Assembly: GCA_976226885.1 (NCBI GenBank)
Contig: OZ320318.1
Location: 25,854,001-25,918,000 of the forward strand
Origin: Iphione sp. A-MEVVRFRX5
Lineage: Eukaryota
Reading direction: 5' to 3'
DNA length: 64,000 bases
The position numbers were made by a program, and so were the translations under genes. The notes beneath the pieces were generated by a model. It had not been told where the DNA came from. It did not search any database and worked only from the letters and a program-made list of their open reading frames with translations. Below, one piece after another: positions 13,001 to 27,620 of this stretch. Within the stretch, counting starts at the first letter, position 1; each line of letters opens with the position of its first letter.

Positions 13001-16000
13001 TTATTGTCATGGAACCCAGCAGACAATACATTTTGTGTAGCAAATGTTTTGTCCGGAAGAAAACCCACAGATACTTTCACCGTTATAGACCTACGGTCAC
13101 TGATGAAGCATTTGCCTCCATGACAAAAGGATATTAGATACGTGTTTGGTGAAAATAACATTTCATTGTTAGATTCATGCAAAGATAACTGCAGTAATTA
13201 CCAGCATTTTGGATTTCGTTCCCGCTGGTCGGACTAGACTTGCTGATCGGTAGATGTAAGGAGATGGGCCCGTGGTGCAATAAGTATACATGTATATCGT
13301 CAGCTAACAGTAGGTCGGCACGTGCATACGAAAATGTCACGTCGATCAAGGGAAACTTTCTAGCAGATTTATCCAGCTAATATCTACTACCCATTCAGTA
13401 GATGCGAGAGAGAGGCTTGGGCTTCCTCTCATCGTTTCTCTGTGTAACAAATTACTACGCTTTACTCGATGGGGTTGTGAACTTCATCACAATGTTTGCT
13501 GAGAGATATCACTGGACCCGCCATGGAAGATGGCCGTTTTATGAGCGTGGTGCATGCTATTTCACCACCTCCTGGATGCCTTGACGAGAGAGATCCTCAG
13601 ATTCCCCAGGCGTGGCTTCACAATGGCGCCCACTCCCAGCCTGGTGCCTTTCATGCCACGTCTTTCGGCACACTGGCCATCCCTAAGGGGTTGTTCCTTT
13701 GAACCTATGTGTGGGTGACAGATTTAGCAGGACTCATCCAGATTACAGCCAGGAGAAACTTATATCCACATATCATCGTTATCGCTTTCTATTCATACAT
13801 ATTTGATATATCTTGACAAGTGGATGTAAACACAAACAAATATATACAGATGATTTTACAAATATATACACTTTGAGTCACTTAGGCAAAGTTTCTAAGA
13901 GTTTCTTGTCTGTGGTTTAAGTATGTGTTTCACTATGTTTTCGCATTTATGCTTATGATATACAATGCTTCTATGCTCCTGGAAATATTCAGTACTAACA
14001 AGGATCCATTGTTTGAGATTAGCATATGTCCCAATTTAGGCAGTGCAAGGAACGCCATTTAGCATAGAAGTGCATGAAAAGGGGGCACAGACAGAACAAG
14101 AATACATTGGTAAGGTAGAAACAAGATAGATGTCTTCTTGTTTGATTGGTATTTACAGATATTTGCATAAAAAATGACGGCTTACGCACAAATTGCACAA
14201 ATTACACCAAATCTATCCTTTTCCTGCCAAGCTTATGGACAAATGGCACAAATTATACCATAGATAGACTATAGTCGTCTCTTGACATACGGTAATCAAT
14301 AACTCATGGAGTTGACCCGCCATTCATTGGGATATAAACCTCTTTGGCTTGGAGTACATGTAATGTATAAAGATCAGACTATGAATTACATTGTGCCCCG
14401 CTTGTCCCAATCCGCCTCTTGAAGTAGATCTGATAATGAAAAAAAAACTAAACATGTTAAACCCGAAAGTGCATTAACGTGATGATCTGTCCTTCCATAT
14501 AATCAATGCTTGGATTGCTTGGGTATGGAGAATGAGGGTCTATTGTATAGTAAACAGGTGTAGATTCCAATAAGTCATGTTTAGGCTGCTGTATGTTTAA
14601 TCTAACCTAAATATATGTTTAAGTATCCAGGTAGTTTCTAAATGTTTTCGAGTGTGTATACGCATGTACGTGGGCGACGCCTGGGTATACATGTTCTTAT
14701 ATGGGGGTTTTCAGTCTTGTATGGAATCGCGTCATAAAGGTAGCAACCTTCGCTCCTTCAGAGGAATTCACGGAAACTGACACAGGGTTAGACAATTCGT
14801 GCATTATACATATGACAAATACAAGCCACCTCCTATGTGGATACAAGCCTCTGGCCTTCCCTTAAACAAAAATGTATTCAGACATGCATTTTACAGAGAC
14901 AAACATTTGTATACTCTTCGGGTATCCCCACCCACGTCAAAACCAGTTTTATTAATATAGCCTGGATAGTCAATATAAAACTCTACAGACACAAGATGTA
15001 CCGGAAATCAGTGCAACTATCTGCACACTACCCTCAAGTATAGCTAGTTGAAGGCTTTCGCAATATGTATACTATGTCGTTTGCTTATCACTTACATGAA
15101 ATGAAAAATAGAAAAAGCATATTATTATATATATATATATATTTCATCTGGTAATTCTATACAGTATATGTATTTGTAACCAACACTTCCAATCATGATT
15201 AAATCCATTTTTAACAAACAAGTATGTCAGTAATGTACACATACATGTATACATAATACACACCTACAAGTGATGATCTCTATAACTACGAAAGCATCTA
15301 ATTCCAGTCCTAGGATATAAGTTACAGTAAATTATTAAGTAAATTAAGTTAATTGGTCTGGAGCACGACCATCCAGAGTACAAGAACATCTCACTGTATA
15401 TCGATTATCATTCTCGTTATCATGTGGACCACGTTCTACAATTCATCTCCTTATTCCTTTATCATCATGTCTTGCTGTCGTCATTATCCAGGGATTTAGG
15501 ATCAAATCCTGTTCCCCATCAGTGTTTTTAATGAGACCAGGCCCCAATAAAGCAATGTACAAAGCAAAATGAGGGCCGATACTAGGTAATTTATTAATTT
15601 GATAAAAGTTTGCAGAATATTAGCGCATTTCGGACCAAGTCATTTCGCAGCTCTAGCTTTCAGTGTATCAACCATACCATTGTAGATAAGATTGATTCGT
15701 GCAGTAGGTACCGAAAAAGCAGAGGTAGAGGTATACAGGGCAAGCAGTGCCAGCCCGAAGCCACCACGAAAACGAGACGAAGAATCAATTCAGTTGCTGT
15801 GGACCTGTAAGTTGATAAGAACTTTATCATAAGAGATAAATGAAGCTCGAATATGCCTCCTTCTTAAGTTTATCATAAGATATATAACAAAATAGAAAGA
15901 AGTCGAGGAAATATACGTATAGCCACGGAGCAGTATTTTATGTCTATTTGACACATACATATTGCCCATATCCTTAGTCAAGCAACAGCATAACTTCCTT

Positions 16001-18329
16001 CTTGAGTACGAAGGGCAATGTATTATTTAGGGGATCGGTTTGACCGTAGATTTTTACCATGTTCAAGTTCCGACCTAAATGGTCGATTCATACGAAGAAA
16101 TCCACACGGTTTCTGGTGACACCTGCGTCATCAAGTAATAGCTAATAAATAATTTAGCGCAGCCTCAGCATTATCTACTTAACTGCAAGGCACAATGAGC
16201 AATTTGTCACCACTATCTGCATTTATTTTCGTACCTCGCCCCTCTATTTATGAACACGGGTCAATAATCGTTACAGCTCCCCAAAGGCAGCAATAAGAAG
16301 AAAACAAATTGAACCGTAACCGCACCTCATTTATTGTCCAATAATGCAGCATTGTTCACAAATTGAGGATCTCTTTATATCAACTTCTGTCGAATCGCTT
16401 CTTTAATAAATTGTATCAAGAAGATCAGTTCCTATCGGCTGACAATTTGTGCGAAAAGACGGGAAAAGCTCTTCATTCAAGAAGTTCCAAAAAGGGAAAT
16501 CAGAACCTGATGATGCTCCCTCATAAATACATTCAGTATCGTGTGAGGTGACGTTTAAGATATGTATTTAATGAAGAATTGAATTTTAAAGCGAAAGAAA
16601 AGATATATTCAAGGACAAATTCAAATGTTGTAGATGTCGTAGGAGACATTCCAGACAGTAAGGTTGAAACGTTGATTTACCTCTAAACGGTTTTTAATGC
16701 ATATGGCACGAATAATCTTTGAAAGGTCCCTAATATATTACACTAGATGGAAATCTCTTTAACTTAGCTCTATAACTGTATGCTTCACTGTCTCGTCATG
16801 ATGGGAAAATACTATTCCAACATCTGAGTTGTTCTCTACAAAACGACCCATTGTCAAACTTGCGCCAAGAGGTCACATTTCAAGTTGCCTTCGGAACTAC
16901 ATGTATAAATTGTCAGTCTTATTTCAGACATATCTCATTTGACCAGTGTAAGATCTGCTTAAGTACCCAGCAATCATAAAACAGGACCGCAGACTATATT
17001 CTACAAAATTATCTGTATTATTCATATGATGTTTCCATATCGATTGGTTTTTACTTCAAACGTCAAATATCTTTCATATGCATTAAATAATAACATCAAA
17101 TATAGGAACCATTCTAATGAGTCCATGGCTTACGGAGACAAGTCCTATAGAACCATGTGGTAGCTGAGAACTGGGCTAACCGTGACAAGAAACGTCACAT
17201 AGCTCACTACATCTAACATATGTGATGCAAAGTTTGGACTGATTTTTCTGTATATACTCTCACCATGGAACATCATTGGCTGTAAAATATTGTCATTGTA
17301 ACAAAGCTCAAGACAACACAGGTTTCCAAGTTAGTTGATATCTATTGCAACAAAGTAGACAAGTACAGGTAGCATGATGGAGCTGTCTGAAAAGTCCATA
17401 GAATTCAAGGACATTACATACTGATAGTTCACAACCCTCATATAGGAGTTTGCAACCTCCCTGTCATAGTTCATAACCTTAGGTACATAGTTCACAACCT
17501 TTCATAACCTTTGGTCATAGGGCACATAAACTCTGACCTGGGTGTATGACTTGGGTCATGACTGGTTAATTTTCAAATCAACCCCTATCCTCACCCTAGC
17601 ACCCTTTATGATACATGTCTTTTTCAGATGTTATCTGTTAAGACCGTTCCTGGTAGCTCCCTGAAATCTCCATTATGATGTACCTTTATATTATGGTCTG
17701 AAGTTAACCCTACATAGTTTATGAGTGTCTGCTCTGGCTAAGACTGTCCAGACTTTCAGTGGCACCACTCTAATAAATGGCATAGCTCTTGTCTCCACAT
17801 GAACAGTGCTTGTAGACTTATATATGTACACTGTACAAGGAACTCTCTATCTCAACTAAATGCTTTCCCATTTGAAGCATACCATAAATGTCTGAACTAT
17901 ATCCGAGCATTCATTTGTCCACAGGTCAGAATGTCTGAATGTCTGAATATCTGGGTGTATGAACATCTGTTATAGCAATTAATTATTTAACACACTGTGG
18001 AACTTCATCTCATAACATTACTTCATCTCATCAATCATGTACATATAGTATATCATATATCATCTGAAATATCAAATGATGAAGACCTGACTTCATATGT
18101 ACTCAATGTATGAAGGTTCTCAGGATAAATAAAATTTTAAAAAAATTTCACCATCTTCATAAAAATATGGTTCAATACTGCCCCTTCTCCAGCCAATCTA
18201 GATATATCGGAGGAAAGACGTCGTTAGATTCTGGTTTGACTTTTCGTTTCACACTTGAAAAATCGGACAATTTCATCCTTGCTGCATTCTGCCTAGTAGC
18301 ACTGTGATGAAAGTATCACGCTACCTTTC

Positions 18330-18640
18330 ATCGGAGTGATACAGGAGAACATTGTGTAAACAGGAGAGGAGTGTTCGTGGAAGGGCACATCTGGCGTGTC
18401 ATCAATTTCCGAATGATGCCAACTGGGACTAGGCGGCAACATCTTTGAGGCGTCCGCCGGCAGGCTTCAGCCAAGTCCTTTTCAAACAAAGTTAATGGAT
18501 CAGACAGGCACAGACAAGCCTCAATCATAAAACAAACACAATTTATTACTGGAGTCGATGGGACCTGCTCCAGGGAGATGACTGTGAACAGTTCACGCCA
18601 TAGGCGACCGAGCTTGTAGCGGTGAGTAAGCCACTCCAAA
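18330..18640 (-). mobile_element. Possible LINE RT N-terminal remnant
   Basis: LSDPLTLFEKDLAE and LWRELF...EQVP-like text; weak. Confidence 0.28.
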
Positions 18641-21600
18641 AGATTCTCAGCAGGTCAACCTCCCTGTTTTCTCTTACCTCGAAGGCAGCCCATCTGTCTT
18701 CCGCAGCTGAAGTTTTTTTTTCACTCGACTATCGCCACTATTGCTCTCACTACCGGGAAACGCAGACATTATAGACCAAGCGTACATTGATAAGGGGATT
18801 CGTACGCAGAGGTCGATGGGCGGGAAGGAAACCACTAAAGTTCTGACCAAACCACTCGTCTCCTCTCTATCGCAATGATACACTAAGTGCCTTTGTGAAC
18901 GAAATGTAGTCTGATCCCTCTTTAGAGGAGAACACTACCACTTTTTGCACTTCCCTGGCGTCAGCGAAGCTAGGAAGAATCCCTCAGCCACTCTACAAAT
19001 GGGCTTCCTCTTCCATTGTACATCCCCATGGCTTTCTCCAGATCTACGTAGACACTATTGGAGACTAAACGGTATAGTTGAATTAAAATAAATCCACCTC
19101 ATTTACACGTATCCTTGATAGTGATTTGCAGTCGAAAGCTTGAACTTTCTTTTAATCCATCTAAAAGGAATGGATAAGATACGCATTGGTATTTTTCTTT
19201 TAAACTTCGCCACGATCATGTCTCCGTGACTTTTCATTACAACCATTAATTCCCTCTTGCTGTATGGTGCAGGTTCACAGATCACACAAAGTGGCACTTC
19301 ACAGGAAGACACTCCCCGTTTCATCTGCAGTTGGACTATAATACCCATGTTGTTTTTTGGTATGTCATTCACGTGTGTAGAAAAAAAGGCGTCTATGTGG
19401 CACACATCGCTGCCCATCGCTCTCTGATTCCGATTTTGGCTCTCGAATGGAACTTCTTTGGTCGTTACCTATCTGTGTAACGGATCAAGTAACAAATTCT
19501 CGCTGATGTTTCCCCTCGTCCTCTATGGTTATAGGTCGGCTTTATGGCCGTATTTCGTCAGGCTGGCTAACTGCTCCGAAAGAATGTGAATTTCCTTCTC
19601 ACTGTTTGTTTTGAAAGGGCCTGAAACTCGAGACATCCATCAACTCAGATGTACACAACTGGAATAATGTAGTAACACAGTGATGCAGAAATACATATAT
19701 GCAGAGAGGAAGAGATAGACAGGTATCACTTTAAAGTGCTTTACCTTGTGTTTATGTGTATTTCATCTATTCGAACCACGTACATTGTTACCGTTCATCT
19801 CAACAGCCTTTGCGTCCAATATGCAGTTGGCCCCAACAGGATATCATGCGTTGCCAGTGACTGGGATGATACTTATTGAAGCACATTTCTTATTTATGTT
19901 GCCAATCATTATTTTCATATTGCTCATCCTTTGTGCATCGCTCCTGGTCATCTAGAACCTGTTTTCTTATCTCCCCATTATGTGATCTCATTCCGTGTCT
20001 GTGATAAGAAAAGATCTACTGTGAGAGTATTTTCTTCACAAGGGAAGTCAGGAAACGGATCACATGACCCAGACAAGGTCAATCTAACCTTTACTCCTTC
20101 AGGGAACGTACAAGTATGTGAGTTCTTCAAAGCTGTCAGCAGCCTGAAGTTTACCAATTTGATTCGATCGCTTCTATGTAGGTGCAATCTATATTGTTAC
20201 CGCTTATGAAATGATAGCCAGCACGACCAATGTTCCTCACCTTCAGCAGTGTACCAGAGCTCATTACTCTCATGACAATAACAGCTAAACTAGTGCAAAT
20301 ATGACTATGTCTCATCTGCTTCTTCAACGTATCATCTTCAAAAAGAAATCCGTTCAGAATTCACTGAGACGAACACTTTACATAAATGCCAGCACTCTGT
20401 TTAATGTTCAACTTATTCACACTGATCTGACATTTAAACGGCTAGATGGTTGGACTGCAACATTCCATTCCGTAACCTAGGAGAGGGAACACTAATACAT
20501 ATTATGCCTCTAATAACCACATGATATAGAATAGGATAGAATTGCACAGCGTAGCAAGTACATATCGAGGTCTCCCGGTGAATGTAATGGAACAACATAT
20601 AACATACAGGGACAAGACACAGATGCAGTAGAAAGGTTTTGATTGCTCTTACATAACCACATACTTATGATGCAATGGGAGTTGTGAAAATACTCTTACA
20701 AACTTGTAGTGTGTAGACATTATGTGATTTCAAGGAGAAATCTCGACTAAGGTTTCACATTGAAATGAAATCTCAAGTTTATTCAGGTCCCCAGCTCTCT
20801 CGTATGATACTCAATCAAAGTGATAATTTGTCATGAAAAACAAATGTTTCAGTCATGTACAGCAATGTACAGACTACGTCAAGAAAAAAACCCAGCCAGA
20901 TTAGGTCTTGCACACAACAAATTCTGTATGCCAGATTGATCCTGTGATTTGCCAAATGATCCCCTCCGGTAAAAAGGGCATTTCCAGAACAAATTCTTCT
21001 TCAACTAGTGACACGACAAGCTTGACTGGTGTTCACCACCTCAATAACAAAACCTGTTTTTGATAATATTTCAACTGAAATTAATAAGATCCTCCCCCTC
21101 CCCCTCCATTTAGAGGGTTTGTAACAGGCTGGCTGGAACAATTGATGATGACAGTTTCATCCTTGACTGCAAATTCTTTCTTGATCAACACATGGGAAAG
21201 TAGGGAACAACTGTCCATCTTTGCCCCTAATATTGCTACACTCATAGTCTTTAACACTGTTTTGACACCTCTTAAACAGAATGGTTTACGAATTACACTG
21301 TGCTATTCTAACTCATTTTATATGCTGTTTGCACTTCTGCCTAAATAACCATAGCTCAGATCAGTACGTCCACCTTACCAGTTCTAAATCCATCTGAATA
21401 GTTAGATGGAGAGAGCCAAATATTGCCTATCTTGACAAACAACATGTAAAATGATCACTGAATCATTGGGTGGGTTCCATTTGTTGTCTTGGAGATATTT
21501 TGTCTCGTATTTTATTTATCGGACCGGCAGTCGTCAAACTTCCTATTTTATAGATTTTTTTTTCCGATTCCAAAAATAGTATGGCGCATATGGAAGTCAT

Positions 21601-24600
21601 CTTAAACTATCGCTCGATACGAACCGCTGAAGGCAGTCGGGTTAAGAGTCGAATAACTCTAGATTAAAGAGTTATGTTAGGTCTTGCCATTAGGAACTGA
21701 CAAGATAGATAACAGTTCTGCATATTGAAACATTATCCTGACCAAGATACGCAGAGCAAGGGGCCTACAGAAAGGCCTGTCGAGGGTTAAAGCTCTTGCA
21801 CAGCCTCTGGGGCTGGGCCTACGCAATTGCTGCCCCGCACGCACGCGTCGTTTTAAAGCAGAAGTGGAGTTGAAGCAGATCATTAAAGTAGGACACCTGA
21901 GCCAGCTCTTCAGCATGCTCATAAGTGTCAACTAACATTACCGATAGCAAAACCAGAGGCTCAACCACTTGGTGATCGCCGCGTTGCTCCCCTGTCCGTC
22001 TCATTTGGGAGGAGAGTCTAAGAAGGCTTCCAACTTTTTACATCCATTGGTTTATTTAGGTTTTCGCATTTTGAGAATCTTAAAATCGAAGAGGAAGGTT
22101 ATGATGAATCTGCTTGAACTTGTATTGCAGTGGATTGCCTCTTTGTGGACGTGTCTGGAAATTTTGTACTTGATATGCAGATGCTTTCAGAGAAAATAAT
22201 ATGTTCAACTAAATATATAAATTTTACATCAGCCTACTATCATCTACCATAACCCAGAAGGGGTTTTGATGCCCTGTAGCTGACATCGTTAGCAAAGCAT
22301 CCAGTGCTGGGTGGCCTGACGTAGAAGCATGAACTGTACCACCAATAAGGATGTCGCGGACAACAAATATGATGTTGTTTCCTGATATGCTAACTCCTGC
22401 CACCTAAGGAGAAAAGGTTATCCAACCGCTGAGTGAGTTTTTTTTACAAGTTGACAAGGAGCAAATTAAAGGTGAAACATCATTTCAAATTTATTTTCCG
22501 TCTGGCAGTGTTTATACCCAATCTCCGAAGTCGTACTAAATAAATCATATATTTCTGCAGTATTCTCAGGGATATCAACAGTAACCGGTGAGTATGGCCT
22601 CAGGCCACCGCACATAATTGTCCCAGGCGTGTTTCGAATATGGACAATTTGCTAAACAAACATGGCTGTCTCTTTTAGAAGGCGCCGAAAGTTGGTGTAA
22701 GTAACAACAATTTTACTCTCTTACAAAAATAAAACGCATTGAGATGCCCCGAAATGGTACCATTACTTCGGCATCCTAGTAGAGCCCAAGGCAGGGATGG
22801 AGTAATTGTGAATTTACATAAATTAGTTCTAGGCATGATAGGAGAAGCGCATCAGGATAACGATATCTTTGCACGAAACCCGACCGGCGCAGTTGAGCCA
22901 TGAGGTACCGAAAATAGAGTAATTCAGCCCCTCTTCGTGCCAAATAGCATCCATTAATTTTCAAGCATGTTAGATTCCTTTAAGGTTTTCCTAATATTCA
23001 ACTTGTGGTTTCTCTTAGACGGACAGGAATACATTCACCAAGATTACAGGACTAAAAGGTGTCTGGCAGGATTGAAGACTCTCCCTTCCACTGGAGCTAT
23101 GTTTGTGAAGAATATACGACAACATATCTGGTACCGTTAGCCTAAAATTGGCCAAACGGAGATGGATTTTTCGGTTGTATGTGTATGGGGGTAGTTCCTT
23201 CCAACAGGTGACGCGGGCGTTATTTTTTTACTCGACGGTCGATTTTTCCTTGCCGTATGCATGTACAGCGAACAGAATTTCCACAACCGACTCGACTAAA
23301 GGTGAAGAGTTTCATGTCACACGCGTACGTACACATGTCTGTTTGAGCAAGGTTCCCGGCAGGGGGAGGTAAAGCCGCTGACTTGTTAATGTGGGAAACA
23401 TTGATCGGTCCGACAGCGACGCTTATCGACAGTTCCATAAATCATTCTCATCTTGATTTGAGTCCCGTCGTTAGCCCATGAATAAAATACACAGTTGGTT
23501 GTAACCAAAAGGTATCGCAACAGTCATCTCGATAGATCCTCATCATGCAGAGTTTGTCACGAAAGTAATATCGACCAACTAGCGAGGCAGAAGTACGGAA
23601 ACTGGAAGCGTAGGAGTTTAAAAAAGGGTCTCGGACTAGCATGAAGTAACTCTCAAGACATTCGCTCCCAAAATAATGGGAATAAATATAACTGTGCATG
23701 CAGCCACGTTACATAATCAAGCCCACAGATTGCGAATGGCAAACGTCATTTGGAGACACTATACGAGGAGGTCCTGATAGGACAGACTCTCCGATTTAGG
23801 ACTCGAAGTGTACATGATAATAGAGAAACTTATGTTCAGCGTGCATTTTCCAGCACATTAACCTGATAACACTGAATAATTTTACTGATTCTTCATATAC
23901 AAATGTAAATGCAAAATGAATATTAGTAATAAGACTCCGAATTTTTCAATACCAAAAACCCTTCAGTGTTTTTATAATAGAAATCCCATACAATCATACC
24001 TCGAATCCAATAACCCAGTAATTGAGAGGGTTGCTGCATTCAGCAGAGCTCCCTAAATCTTTCTAATCATATAGACAAAGCTGTCCAATCTAATAAGCCA
24101 AAAATCCATTACACAAGGACGACAGCTACAGAGCTGCAAATTCCGGATACACTATGACTAAACTATACTTATATTAATTAATGGAAAATTGCATACACAT
24201 AACATGTAGCACGGGTTCAAAGGTGGTCCATGCCAGCTTACAAACACAAATAAGCAGAATTATCAGGGGTGATATGGGCATTGTCGGTTGGAGTGAACAA
24301 AGCTAGGTCTAGTTGCAATTGACTCATTAGGTATTAGAGGGAACATCGCAGTGCATAAAATGATATATATAAAAGCAGTTAAGGGGCGAACCGTTTATCA
24401 ATGATAGGCCAAGATGTGAGCATAATCGACATTTACCATACCACATCCCACACTAGAGAAATATAGAATACCTTTCCAGCATAAAGGTGCACTCCAATGA
24501 GGGTGACCGTAGCCTATGTCCTACACTTTTTTAATGCGAACTGTTTGCCTCAAGCTGATTGATAGTAGGACTGCCAAGGACTGGAGAGTCCCGTTACAAG

Positions 24601-26849
24601 CGGGGCCATAAACATGACATGGCGCCCATGTAATTGGAGGTTAACCTTTGAATTTTGCTTGAGTGAGATCTTCTCTCGGCCTGTGATTCAGTACCCGGAA
24701 CAGTGGGTACATTTGTGGGTATACAATTCGACATGCACCATCTCTCGGCCCATTCTTTCTAAGGCCTATGCGAACTCTGTCTTCCCTTACTCGTTGACAG
24801 AGACGCAACCACACTCAGAAGATGCTTTGCCATACACAAAGTGAAACATGCATAGGCGAAACAAGATGATATGCATCATGACGAAAGTCGGTGGATCAGT
24901 TAATTAAACAAATAAAAATAAAAAAAACAAGGCCACTCTACCTCGGAACGCTAGGGTGTGAATATAGTTTGAAGATAACCTAATATAAATGTACTCAACT
25001 GACATATGTGAACAGTGGAGTGTGAGGGAAAACATGATAACGAGTCAAGTGTACAGACACAGGATCTGTCGCGAATCACATTAACAACCTCAAACCGATG
25101 CCACTACATGTATTTGGGTGAACTTTTCTTCTTGTCCGTTAGGCAGACTAATAGCTGGGCGGAACATGGGGGAGGCAATATGACACCGTACATGGACCTG
25201 TGGATGTGTGACAGTGCAAGCCGTCAAAGCACAGCTTTTGCTTAAAACAGAGAGCAAACCTGTCTAATGTCGACACGCTTACTTACCTAACACATCTTCA
25301 GGAAAACTCCTGGATTGTCATAAGACACCTAGGCCAATCGCGATGAGGTCAGAAATGATATTTTCTACTTGCGCAATGAGACCCCATCTGGCTCACTTGG
25401 TGTGGCCATGTGTAGAAGGGAAGGTATCATCCCCTGTGGGCATAAAACAAGACGTACTGACACTAACGTACTGAAGCCTACATGGAACAGGCGCCTAAGT
25501 CTCAAATGCCCTCGGGCTTCGGCAGCAGTGGCTAGAGATGTATAGGAGAAGCCAACTCTTGGCTTACCATTTGAGTTTCCCCGGTGTACTGCCAGACTAG
25601 CTCGAGTTTCCCTGGTGCGTATGGAAATAAAGCACGCATAGTTTCAACGACGCTAGTTCCATCAGGTATTTTATATGCGGAATAGATGTTTAAAGGACTA
25701 CTCTTCAATAGGGTTGAGGTTCGACTGGCCCAATTAGAATGTGATAGCCGACAACAAGGGTCAGAAATGACAGGGAAAATCTGATTTCCTTGGAATTCAA
25801 AGGATTGCATGCCTAGTCTAATTTCCAGTTCATTTGAAGGGGCAGGTTTACTGGGTACATCGACGAACATTTTTTGAATGCGTGTGGTTTGTTCTGCATT
25901 CGCCAAGAGACAGGTATGCATTTTTTAACTATGGGGTGTTGGCTTGGCTCACCTATGTGCCCATCATGAAGTCAATGGCGCCGTGTTGCTTCTTTGACAG
26001 ATTATTGTATTTCTGGCATACCCAAATCTATTGTTTTTTTTTCATTTAGTCTTGTTTCGTTGTCATCATTTTTTATTCCTGATCATACTTTCGCACATTA
26101 AGACCTCTGTAAACTTTATTTAGGAATATGTGAGCCATAAAAACACCGAGGTTTTAAAAATAGATGTGAAATGTGGTAAATAAAGTATTCTAGTAAAGAG
26201 TCTGATACAAAATGAACATGTATCATGGTACTAATTGAAGCAAAGTGGCGTACCTCATGTGTACATTTTCTCTTTTCAAGTGAAATTTATCCGGACCATA
26301 AATTATTTGTATATTTTTTTGGAAAAGGCTTAGCGTAGGATCCTGTTCAAGAAAGTACAAGTGTATTAGGTTCTTTTACACATATCTCAGCCTAACTGTT
26401 GTTGTCCGTGCATGAGGACCTCACCTGCGAAGCCTCGATACCGGGAGAGCGTCCATTCGATCATTGTGCGTCCATCTTCCCTGCCGATGAGAGGCCTGGA
26501 GCTGTATCGGTCTCACAAAACACCGTCCTTTGTTGGCACGTGGAGCTGCCTGCATTAATAAAGGTTAACAAGAAGAAAGGGGCGACATCAACAGGCTCGA
26601 TTCTATAAAGTTCCGAGGAAAGAGGTTTACAATATAATCAATTTCAAATTATAAATATGAAAAATTATCCGTGTGGAAAAGTGATAGAAATAGGTTAGGA
26701 AAGGCAGGAGATATTCATACATTTCCAAATGTTTGTAATGCATCAAATACCCGACCTACTGCAGCTGCACTAGGCAAGTTTGTCATAACTTAGTTCACAT
26801 ATAGCCGCGCTCTACCGGCTGTTTGTCATATTAATGTCTCCTTGATTTC

Positions 26850-27620
26850 CATTCCAACACATCATACATCACTTTGACAAAGTGATGAGGGGCTTATCAA
26901 ATTCATCCCCTTTAGACCGATCGATCTAGATATCTATGGGTGAACAGGTCTTTGTTCACGTCTCTATTAAGAATGTTTGCTAGCTGTATCACCGCTTTCT
27001 TTCAAAAACATACTTACACTGTATGATAATCTTGAAACATGACAGAATGAATATAAATTATAAACAGTCACTTCCACTAGTTATCACAAAGTCTTATCAA
27101 AGTTCTTATCATAAAAGGTGAAACATATAGAGCAAAGCTCTACTATCCGTTGTGCGTGTCCCAAGTTGTGCATGGCAGTATTCCAATGTACTCTAAAGTT
27201 AGTTCTCTCATAGATGGTCCACATTTCATTCCTTGCCTTCCTCCTTAAGTTTTACAAAGATTTTGCTTCTCTGATGTCTCCTGAAGGGCCTTAAGACACA
27301 TCCTTTATAGACCCAGAACTCCCGGTACTCTTCTCTCCTTTGGTGATTTTATCTGCCTTCCGCTCCTTCCCCTTGTCTGTGTCACAATTCCCATATCCAC
27401 CCAATAGGGAAGCTTTGTGTAACTCGACAGCTGTCATCATCTCTCTCTGTAGAGTGACCAGTAGTGGCTTACTCTTTAGTTTGTATTTCGTAACCTGCCT
27501 GGATGTCTCATTTAGCGCTAATTTATATATGCAGTTTTCCTTTTTTTCTATCTTTTTGAAAATGTCTATTCTCAATATAGATAAACCATAGTTTAAAACT
27601 GGATAAGTTGATGTCCTCAC
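26850..27620 (-). mobile_element. Probable decayed LINE APE-endonuclease fragment
   Basis: LALNET and GY...K..GE..GSSG..IKD pattern in ORF 27291-27620; weak TIY and LD-like traces downstream. Confidence 0.4.

Noticed and set aside
21660-22200. Possible DIRS gag remnant (LCKSFN)
   Set aside because: A single short motif with stops around it; insufficient support.
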